DNA of 64,000 bases from Myxococcota bacterium (GTDB lineage: Bacteria; Myxococcota_A; Polyangia; Palsa-1104; JAEUJZ01), in the NCBI GenBank assembly GCA_025057315.1, contig JANWXW010000079.1:3434-67433 (forward strand). The letters run 5' to 3'. The notes under the pieces are model-generated. The model had not been told where the DNA came from. It saw nothing but the letters and a program-made list of their open reading frames with translations, and did no database searches. The position numbers were made by a program, and so were the translations under genes. Shown here one piece after another: positions 12,476 to 20,969 of the stretch (within the stretch, counting starts at the first letter, position 1; every line of letters starts with the position of its first letter).

Positions 12476-13488
12476 GCCGCCCCCTCCTTGCCGTCTGCCA
12501 GGCGCGTCTCACACACAAACGTCCTGGCCTGTTCCAGCGCCACGCGTGACTCCTCCGGCGCGGGATGGTAGGCAGCAAACTTGACGCGGTCGCAGGTGCC
12601 CAGAAAGACCGCCAGCTGCTCGCGGTGGGAGGCAGCCATGCCGGGCAGGTGCTGCGCCTCCCGCAGAAACTCCTCGGTGGTCAGCTCCGGGGCGCGCACG
12701 CCGTAGCGGTCCTCGATGTAGCGCCGCACCGCATCAGACAGCTCGACGTACCAGGCATCTGCCTCCGCAGCACCCGGGAAGCCACGGCGCTCCAGACGGA
12801 GCAGCCGCTCCAGGGCGATCTCGTGGGCCGCGGCCCGCGCCCGCCGCGCCGCACGCTGGCGCAGGTACTGACGCAGACGCCAGCCCCCGAGCAGCAACAC
12901 GACCAGCGTCCCACCGGTCACATGGTACCAGCGCACCCTGACACCCGGGGTCTCCGGCAGCGCTTCGCGGAGTCCACGCAGTTCGGCTGCAACTTCACCT
13001 TCGGGCAGGGCAGAGGCGATCTCCACCGCGATTTCCTCTGTGAGCAGCTCGTGGTCCCCTCCGCTGCCATCGGGCGACCCGCTGCTGCCAGACCGTCGGT
13101 CGGAGAAGCCAATGCGCAGCGGCGGGATGCGCTGCCGCCCACTCATGGGCGCCTCCAGCAGATAGCTCTGCACGTGGCGGGTCTTGCCATCGGGCAGCTG
13201 CTCCTGGCGTGGCGTGAAGCTGGTGATGAGAAAGCGGCCCAGCGCCTCGCCAAAAGGCGGCATTTCCACCACCACGCCGGCCTCTGCCTCAACGACCAGA
13301 TCGAGACGGAGCGGATCGCCGATGCGGGCAGAGGCAGGCACCAGCGACACCCGGGCCACCACCGGCCCCGAACGGGTGGTCTTGTCAATTGGTGGTCCGG
13401 TCGCCGTTGTCTGCGGCTGCTTGCCGGTCCCATCGCTGCGCTGGCTGGTGCAGGCCAGCAGCATCGCGCCTAGTAGGATCCATCTCAT
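12472..13488 (-). CDS. Bat-operon membrane protein (Ig-like domain + TM + cytoplasmic helical domain), probable lipoprotein
   Basis: Lipobox LLAC; C-terminal YxELSDAVRRYIE...APELTTEEF...DRVKFA typical of the gene between DUF58 and batA. Confidence 0.72.
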   Translation of the reverse strand: MRWILLGAMLLACTSQRSDGTGKQPQTTATGPPIDKTTRSGPVVARVSLVPASARIGDPLRLDLVVEAEAGVVVEMPPFGEALGRFLITSFTPRQEQLPDGKTRHVQSYLLEAPMSGRQRIPPLRIGFSDRRSGSSGSPDGSGGDHELLTEEIAVEIASALPEGEVAAELRGLREALPETPGVRVRWYHVTGGTLVVLLLGGWRLRQYLRQRAARRARAAAHEIALERLLRLERRGFPGAAEADAWYVELSDAVRRYIEDRYGVRAPELTTEEFLREAQHLPGMAASHREQLAVFLGTCDRVKFAAYHPAPEESRVALEQARTFVCETRLADGKEGAA

Positions 13489-14489
13489 CGTCGCCGCCTC
13501 CGCTGGCGCATGCGAAAGAACGCCATGAGCGGATCGACCACAGGCCGCGTCGCGTCGATGTGTAGCAGGTCGATGCCCAGGCCCTGCAGCTCCCCCCGCA
13601 GCCGCCCCAGGCGCGCTTCAGCAGCCTCGGCCAGGGCACGTCGAAAGGCAGCATGGCCGGTGTCGATGAGCTGCACCTGGGAGGTCTCAGCATCCTCCAA
13701 CTCGATAAGACCGCAGGGCTCCAGGGTCCGCTCGCGCTCGTCGGTCACCAGGACCGCAATGACATCGTGGCGACTCCGCACCCCGCGCAGGGCCTTTAAG
13801 TATCCTTGGCCCTCGTCCCGATGATCAAGAAAATCCGAGATCAAAAATATCACCGAGCGCCGCTTGAGCACCCGCCGGCACAGCTCTAGCGCGGCGCTCA
13901 GGTCGGTACAGCGCGCCGCGGCCTCCTGCTGCATCCGCCGTCGGCGCAGGAGCCGGCGGGCCATCCAGTGCAGCACCCCGGTCCGCTGCGCTCGCAGCCT
14001 ATCTGTCCCCGGGCCCGATCCATCGGACATCCCGCGTGCCAGCACCTCGCGCACGACCCGAAGTGCATGGCGGTCGCCCTTGCGCGGCGGAATGTACAGC
14101 TCCACCTCGCTGTGGAAGAGCAGGAGCCCCACCTTGTCGCCGTTGTGGATGGCTGCAAACGACAGCAGCGCCGACAGCTCCACCGCCGCCTGTCGCTTGG
14201 AGCGCTCCGCAGATCCGAAGTCCTGCGATCGGCTGATGTCCACCACCAGCATGACCGTCAGCTCGCGCTCCTCGGTGTAGCGCTTGATGTAGGGAACACC
14301 GACCCGCGCCGTCACGTTCCAGTCGATGGTGCGCACGTCGTCACCCGGGACGTAGGGCCGGACCTCTTCGAACTCTATGCCCTGCCCCTTGAACACGGAC
14401 AGATAGTGGCCGGCCAGCACGTCGGAGACGTGGCGGTCCATCTGGAAGCGAATGCGCCGGACCTGCTTGACGATCTCCTGCGGGAGCAT
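13485..14489 (-). CDS. DUF58 domain protein (MoxR-associated, vWA-like)
   Basis: GIEFEEVRPYVPGDDVRTIDWNVTAR signature; directly follows moxR. Confidence 0.92.
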   Translation of the reverse strand: MLPQEIVKQVRRIRFQMDRHVSDVLAGHYLSVFKGQGIEFEEVRPYVPGDDVRTIDWNVTARVGVPYIKRYTEERELTVMLVVDISRSQDFGSAERSKRQAAVELSALLSFAAIHNGDKVGLLLFHSEVELYIPPRKGDRHALRVVREVLARGMSDGSGPGTDRLRAQRTGVLHWMARRLLRRRRMQQEAAARCTDLSAALELCRRVLKRRSVIFLISDFLDHRDEGQGYLKALRGVRSRHDVIAVLVTDERERTLEPCGLIELEDAETSQVQLIDTGHAAFRRALAEAAEARLGRLRGELQGLGIDLLHIDATRPVVDPLMAFFRMRQRRRRR

Positions 14490-14513
14490 CCCGTTGTCAC
14501 TCCGGTGGGAGAC

Positions 14514-15497
<984 letters not shown>

Positions 15498-15604
15498 GGG
15501 TTAGATACGTGGGATGCGGAAGCGGAGGGCAAAGAGGTCAAAGATGTCTGCGGCTGCCGAGGATACTTCTTGGCCGCGCTTTTGCCAAGCTCCCATCTTG
15601 GTTG

Positions 15605-15652
15605 GGATGGCCGACGGCTGTTAGCTGATGGCTGTAGGTAGTAGCCGATGGC
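15605..15652. repeat. Degenerate heptamer tandem repeat (7 units, about YGATRGC)
   Basis: GGATGGC CGACGGC TGTTAGC TGATGGC TGTAGG TAGTAGC CGATGGC just past the eutB stop. Confidence 0.6.
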
Positions 15653-15659
15653 CGAACTT

Positions 15660-17021
15660 TTAGCCGAACAGGCTGGCGTCGCCTGCGCGGGCGGTCAGCC
15701 GGCCGTCCTCCATCAGGCCCATGCGCTCCAGCCAGGCCTCGAACTCGGGGGCGGGCCGCAGCCCCAGCAGCTGCCGCAGCGTGGCGTCATCGTGGAAGCT
15801 GGTGGATTGGTAGTTGAGCATCACGTCGTCGCCCATAGGCAACCCCATCAGGAAGCTGCAGCCGGCGGCGGCCAGAAGCAACTCCAGGTTCTCTAGGTCG
15901 TTTTGGTCGGCCTCGGCGTGGTTGGTATAGCATGCGTCGCAGCCCATGGGCAGGCCGTGGAGCTTGCCCATAAAGTGGTCTTCTAGGCCCGCGCGCGTGA
16001 TCTGACGGGCATCATAGAGGTACTCGGGGCCGATGAAGCCGACGACGGTGTTGACCAGAAAGGGGGCAAAATGGCGCGCCAGCCCATAGTTGCGCGCCTC
16101 GCATGTCAGCTGGTCCACTCCATGGTGGGCGCCCGCAGACAGCGCCGAGCCCTGTCCGGTCTCAAAGTACATTACATTCGGTCCGGTGGCCGTGCCGAGA
16201 CGTCGGGTCATGTCCCAAGCCTCCTCGAGCATCGGGATGGTGATGCCAAAGGCTCGACATCCCGCCTCGGTACCGCATAGCGACTGAAACATCAGCCCGA
16301 GCCGCGCCCCGTGTTCCAGGGCCTTCATCTGCGTGGTCACGTGCGCCAGGCAGCAATTCTGCGTGGGCACCTGCCACTGCTCGATGAAGTCAGCGGTGGC
16401 ATTGAGGATCTTGGCCGTTTGCTCCCAGCTGTCGGTCACTGGGTTGATGCCGATGACCGCATCACCGCAGCCATAGGACAGACCTTCTTTGATCGAGGCC
16501 AGAATGCCATCCACCGAGTCAGAGGGGTGATTGGGCTGCACGCGCACGCCCAGGCGTCCCGGCAGGCCGAGCGTGTTGTTGGCATGCACCACGACGGTGA
16601 TCTTGCGCGCGGCTGTCACCAGATCCAGGTTGGACATGAGCTTGGCGCAGGCCGCAATCATCTCCGATGTAAGGCCGCGGCTCAGCCGGAGCAGGTCCGC
16701 ACCGCAGACGCGGTCGTCCAGGATATGTTCGCGAAGCTGGCCCACGCTCCAGTTCTTGATGCTCTGGTAGATGGGCTGGTTCAGCTCATCCAGGATGAGG
16801 CGCGTGACCGCATCCTGTTCGTAGGGCACGGCTGGGTACTCGACAAACGCAGACAGCGGCACCTCGCTGAGCACCAACTTGGCGGCGACGCGCTCCAGCG
16901 CCGAGGTGGCGGCGATTCCGGCCAGCTGGTCGCCGGACTTCTCCTCGTTGGCCCGGGCCATGACATCGGTTAAATCGCGGAACTGAAAGGTCTTGCCGCG
17001 CAGGGTGGCGCTAAGCTTCAT
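15660..17021 (-). CDS. eutB: Ethanolamine ammonia-lyase large subunit
   Basis: KSGDQLAG, QPNHP, GDAVIGINP, MYFETGQGSALS, VNTVVGFIGPEYLYD, EDHFMGKL, MLNYQSTSFHD; 453 aa. Confidence 0.96.
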   Translation of the reverse strand: MKLSATLRGKTFQFRDLTDVMARANEEKSGDQLAGIAATSALERVAAKLVLSEVPLSAFVEYPAVPYEQDAVTRLILDELNQPIYQSIKNWSVGQLREHILDDRVCGADLLRLSRGLTSEMIAACAKLMSNLDLVTAARKITVVVHANNTLGLPGRLGVRVQPNHPSDSVDGILASIKEGLSYGCGDAVIGINPVTDSWEQTAKILNATADFIEQWQVPTQNCCLAHVTTQMKALEHGARLGLMFQSLCGTEAGCRAFGITIPMLEEAWDMTRRLGTATGPNVMYFETGQGSALSAGAHHGVDQLTCEARNYGLARHFAPFLVNTVVGFIGPEYLYDARQITRAGLEDHFMGKLHGLPMGCDACYTNHAEADQNDLENLELLLAAAGCSFLMGLPMGDDVMLNYQSTSFHDDATLRQLLGLRPAPEFEAWLERMGLMEDGRLTARAGDASLFG

Positions 17022-17221
17022 GGCCCAATCCGGCGTATTGGTTACCGCCAGAGAGCACCAGGGTCAAGGCCAGGGGCCGTCTTGCGGTCGCTCAGGGGGG
17101 CAGGGGCGAAACGGCGCGTGCACTCCCCGCCTGGCCGAGACGTAGATGCCGGCAAGCCCCCCCACGAGGCGGCATCTTGGGCGGCGATGATCTCGGGCCC
17201 CTGAGGCGCTATGCTGCCGCT

Positions 17222-18280
17222 GTGAGCACCATTGACCCCAATGCCGCTGCGCGGCCCGACTCGGGGCTCTTTGGCCTGGACACCCCCGCCGAGCAGGCCG
17301 GTGTGATCCTGCTGCCAGTCCCCTTTGACGCGACCACCTCGTACCATCGCGGGGCCGCGCTGGGTCCCACGGCCATCCTGCAGGCCAGCCGGCAGGTGGA
17401 GCTATACGACCACGAGACTGGCCACCCCTACCGCGCGGGCATCCATCTGCTGCCGCCTCCGGACGGGATTGACCTCTGGAACGAGGAGGCACGAGCGGCG
17501 GCTGAGCCGATCCTGGCCAGGGGCGGCGAGATCGGCGAGGATGCGGCGCTGCGAGCGCGCTTGGCCCGCGTCAACGAGCTCGGCGAGCGCGTGGCCGAGG
17601 TGGTCGAGCGCACAGCCGAGCACTGGCTGGATGCGGGCCGCCTGTTCGGCGTGGTGGGCGGAGACCACTCGGTGCCCCTGGGGGCCATCTGCGCTTGTGC
17701 CCGACGACACCCGGGCCTTGGGATCCTGCACATCGATGCGCACGCCGATCTGCGTCGCGCCTACCAGGGCTTTGTCCACTCCCACGCCTCCATTATGGCC
17801 AACGTGCTGGAACGCGCCCCGCAGCTGGGGCGGCTGGTGCAGGTGGCGGTGCGCGACCTGTGCCCGGAGGAGCTGGAGCGCATCCAGCACAGCAACGGCA
17901 GGGTCGTGCTCTTCCACGACGCTGAGCTGTGGCGCGCCCGCCACAGCGGTGAGCCCTTTGTGCGCATCTGCGAGCGCATCGTGGCGGAGCTGCCCGCCGA
18001 GGTCTATATTAGCTTTGATATCGACGGGCTCGACCCAGCGCTGTGCCCGCACACCGGCACGCCGGTGCCCGGGGGCCTTGGCTTTGCCGAGGCGTGCGCG
18101 CTGCTGTCTGCCTTGTCTGGTTCTGGACGGCGGGTGGTGGGCTTCGACTTGTGCGAGGTGGCACCGGGCCCTGACCCGCACGATGAGTGGGACGGCAACG
18201 TCGGGGCGCGGATCCTCTATAAGCTCATCGGTCATGCCCTCCGTTCGCGTTTCAGCCCGTCGGGGGCATCCAGCTGCTGA
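17222..18280 (+). CDS. speB: Agmatinase/ureohydrolase-family protein
   Basis: GGDHS, HIDAHAD, SFDIDGLDP, GTPVPGG, DLCEV metal-binding motifs; GTG 17222 chosen as start (ORF track 17177); exact substrate not certain. Confidence 0.82.
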   Translation: MSTIDPNAAARPDSGLFGLDTPAEQAGVILLPVPFDATTSYHRGAALGPTAILQASRQVELYDHETGHPYRAGIHLLPPPDGIDLWNEEARAAAEPILARGGEIGEDAALRARLARVNELGERVAEVVERTAEHWLDAGRLFGVVGGDHSVPLGAICACARRHPGLGILHIDAHADLRRAYQGFVHSHASIMANVLERAPQLGRLVQVAVRDLCPEELERIQHSNGRVVLFHDAELWRARHSGEPFVRICERIVAELPAEVYISFDIDGLDPALCPHTGTPVPGGLGFAEACALLSALSGSGRRVVGFDLCEVAPGPDPHDEWDGNVGARILYKLIGHALRSRFSPSGASSC

Positions 18281-18306
18281 GGGTGGTCGGCGCGTAGACG
18301 GGAGGC

Positions 18307-19395
18307 TCAGCTGGGGTCTGGCTTGGGGGTCTTGGCGGTGCTCGGCGGCAACTCGGGCGCCTGGATGTACGCCTGAGGGATCTCGCCCGTGAGCGACTGG
18401 AGCCACGTCACGATCGCGCTGGTGTCCTGCTCCGACAGCTCCTTGCCAAGCTGGTGGCGGGCCATGCGCCGCACTGCCTCCTCCAGCGTCGCAACCGAGC
18501 CGTCGTGAAAATAGGGGGCCGTGCGCGCGACGTTGCGCAGCGACGGGACCTTAAAGAGCATGCGGTCCCCCTCTTGCTTGGTCACCTCGTAGCGTCCCTG
18601 GTCTTTCTGCTCCGGCCAGGGAACGACCAGCCCGGCCTTCTGATACTGCGTACCGCCCACCAGCGTACCGAGGTGGCAGGTGGGGCAGCCCACCTGGACG
18701 AAGGTGTTAAAGCCAATCTTTTCGGCCTCCGACAGCGCGTCGGCCTCGCCGGCGAGGAATCGGTCCCAGCGGGCGGGCGTCACCAGCTTGCGCTCGAAGG
18801 CGCCGATGGCACGCGCCATGTTGTCCCAGGTGATCGGATCTTTGTCAGCGGGAAAGGCCTTCCGGAAGGCAGCCACATAGGCGGGCATCGAGCGCAGCGT
18901 GGCTAGCACCCGCTGCTCGTTGGGCATGGCCATCTCGACCGGGTTGAGCACCGGTCCTTTGGCCTGTTCCTCGACGGTGGGAGCACGGCCATCCCAGAAC
19001 TGCGCGAAGTGGCCCGCCGCGTTGTAGACGCTGGGCGAGTTGCGCGAGCCCAGCTGCTTGCGGTGACCGGGCGAGACCTTCTGGTTGTCCACACCGAAGC
19101 GGGCCAGGTCATGGCATGAGTTGCAGGAAATGTCGTGGTTTTTGGACAGGCGCTTGTCGTAATAGAGCATCCGGCCCAGGGCGATCTTTTCTTCCGTAAG
19201 AGGATTGGCTGGCGACTCGAATGCTGCGGGCAGCGGCGGCTGGAACAAGCCGAGGCGGCCTGGGTCGATCGCTGCGGTGGGCTTGGGCGGCTCAGCGGCA
19301 GGTCCGGCTGCGGGGGGCGGCGGGGCCTCTTTCTTCTGACAAGAAACAACCGCGACGAGGATGCCGAGTGTGAACAAGGAACGCATAGAACGCAT
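18307..19395 (-). CDS. Di-haem cytochrome c peroxidase (lipoprotein)
   Basis: Two CxxCH (CNSCH, CPTCH), [38 protein letters not shown] upstream of ATG 19395; lipobox VVSC. Confidence 0.93.
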   Translation of the reverse strand: MRSMRSLFTLGILVAVVSCQKKEAPPPPAAGPAAEPPKPTAAIDPGRLGLFQPPLPAAFESPANPLTEEKIALGRMLYYDKRLSKNHDISCNSCHDLARFGVDNQKVSPGHRKQLGSRNSPSVYNAAGHFAQFWDGRAPTVEEQAKGPVLNPVEMAMPNEQRVLATLRSMPAYVAAFRKAFPADKDPITWDNMARAIGAFERKLVTPARWDRFLAGEADALSEAEKIGFNTFVQVGCPTCHLGTLVGGTQYQKAGLVVPWPEQKDQGRYEVTKQEGDRMLFKVPSLRNVARTAPYFHDGSVATLEEAVRRMARHQLGKELSEQDTSAIVTWLQSLTGEIPQAYIQAPELPPSTAKTPKPDPS

Positions 19396-19484
19396 AGAAA
19401 TCTCCTGCGCGGCACAAGAACTGCGCTGTGGCCCCCGGGCAGCCGCGCTCGGGCCGGGGGGGAACCTGGTGATGGGACAACGGC

Positions 19485-19805
19485 TCAACCTAGCACGCGG
19501 CGGGCATGGCGTCGCAGCGCGTGCTTGAGGCGTCGCAGCTCGCGCCGTGCCATCACCAGGGCGGCTGCGTCCTTGTTGGCCAGGGCCTCGGCACGACGCG
19601 CCTTGACCTGACGGATGCGTGCCTTCAGGAGGCTCTTTTCTTGTCCCATGGCGACCTTGTGCGGCTTGTGGATGCCCAGCACCTTGGCCAGTTCTTCCAC
19701 CAGCCGCTCCTTGGACATCCCCGAGACGCCCTCTAAGTTGGTCTTCTCCTTGGCCATCTCACGAAGCTCGGACACCTTCTTCTTTTCCAGCTCGTGCCAG
19801 TCCAT
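19485..19805 (-). CDS. Small basic protein with a Rho termination factor N-terminal-like domain
   Basis: LEKKKVSELREMAK...GVSGMSKERLV resembles Rho_N; strong SD AAGGAGG 19811-19817; basic helical C-terminus. Confidence 0.75.
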   Translation of the reverse strand: MDWHELEKKKVSELREMAKEKTNLEGVSGMSKERLVEELAKVLGIHKPHKVAMGQEKSLLKARIRQVKARRAEALANKDAAALVMARRELRRLKHALRRHARRVLG

Positions 19806-19817
19806 ACAAACCTCCTT

Positions 19818-19839
19818 GTCAGATCGTGGTCAGATCGTG
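19818..19839 (-). promoter_or_regulatory. Perfect 11-bp tandem repeat abutting the SD of the Rho-N-like gene
   Basis: Minus strand CACGATCTGAC CACGATCTGAC AAGGAGG; the repeat is certain, its regulatory role is inferred. Confidence 0.4.
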
Positions 19840-19889
19840 ACCTCGTGCGGCCGCAGCATAGCCTAGCTGGAGCCTGCGCGTGCCCACAT

Positions 19890-20969
19890 CTACCCTTCGC
19901 TTGCCTCCCCACAGCGGACCGCGGCCAGCATGCCACAGGCGGCATGGCGAGCGGCTCCACCCGAGTAGCGGCGCACAATGGGAGCGGAGAGCACCTGCAG
20001 CCGCTCCATGAATAGCTGACGCTCGAGCGCGGTGGCACGGCGGAACCCGTCTGGCCGCGCATCGTTTACATCGATGAGGTTGATGCGCAGGCGCACATCT
20101 GGCAGCAGGGCACGTAGGGCCTCCACCTCGTCGGCACCGTGGTTGACGCCGCCCATCAGCACCCAGGCCACCGTGACTCGGCCGGAGGTGCTGCGGGCAT
20201 AGGCGCGGATGGCATCGGCCAGCTCGGACAGCGGCACCCGCCCGGCCACCGGCAGCAAGGCGGCGCGGCGCTCGGGCACCGCCGAGGTGAGCGAGATGAT
20301 GAGGCGATAGCGGTGCCCCTCCTGAGCGAAGCGGCGGATCTGGGGTGCCAAGCCAACCGTCGAGATGGTGATGGCAGAGGCGGAGATCTTGCACCCGCAC
20401 GGATGCGACAGGACCCGGGCGGCGCGGATGACCTCATCGTAGTTTTGCAGCGGTTCCCCCTGACCCTGGAACACAGCGCCGGTGACACGGCCGGGCGTTT
20501 CATCCCGCACGGTGACAAAGGCCGCGACCATCTCCCAGGCCGCCAGGTTGCGGGACAGGCCCAGGCGCCCCGTGGCGCAGAAGGCGCAGCGCATGGCGCA
20601 ACCCACCTGCGACGACAGGCACACGCTGTAGCAGCCAGGCCGGTGCAGCGGGATGCGCACCGCCTCCGATAGCGCTCCATCGGGGGAGCGCAGCAGGTAC
20701 TTGACGAACCCATCGGCTGGATCGGTGGCCCGCTCTACTACTTCCAGCCGTCGCTGGTCCGTGGTCGCCGCCAGCACCGCCAGCAGGCGCCTGCCCACCG
20801 GACGGCGGCGCGCCTGCTCCGCGCCCTCAGGACCCAGGACATGTGCCAGCAACCTGCGCGCCTCGTCGTCACGGACCTGAACGCCGTGGGCGGCCAGGTG
20901 CGCCTTCAGGTCGTCAGGGAGCATGCCAAAGAGGTGGGGCAGGGCGGTCACGGACCTACTCTGTATCAT
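19890..20969 (-). CDS. RlmN/Cfr-family radical SAM protein (divergent paralogue)
   Basis: CLSSQVGCAMRCAFCATG, FQGQGEPLQN (canonical MGMGEP), ITISTVG, C-terminal AACGML. Confidence 0.85.
   Translation of the reverse strand: MIQSRSVTALPHLFGMLPDDLKAHLAAHGVQVRDDEARRLLAHVLGPEGAEQARRRPVGRRLLAVLAATTDQRRLEVVERATDPADGFVKYLLRSPDGALSEAVRIPLHRPGCYSVCLSSQVGCAMRCAFCATGRLGLSRNLAAWEMVAAFVTVRDETPGRVTGAVFQGQGEPLQNYDEVIRAARVLSHPCGCKISASAITISTVGLAPQIRRFAQEGHRYRLIISLTSAVPERRAALLPVAGRVPLSELADAIRAYARSTSGRVTVAWVLMGGVNHGADEVEALRALLPDVRLRINLIDVNDARPDGFRRATALERQLFMERLQVLSAPIVRRYSGGAARHAACGMLAAVRCGEASEG

Noticed and set aside
15570..15588. GG-N10-GC sigma54-like match near moxR
   Set aside because: The better match faces away from moxR; the correctly oriented one lacks TTGC
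17022..17221. Possible cobalamin riboswitch upstream of eutB
   Set aside because: No convincing GGGAA/GCCACTG B12-box core by eye; an Rfam cmscan would settle it
19379..19399. 9-bp tandem duplication at the peroxidase start (MRSMRS)
   Set aside because: In-frame slippage duplication that only offers two alternative starts
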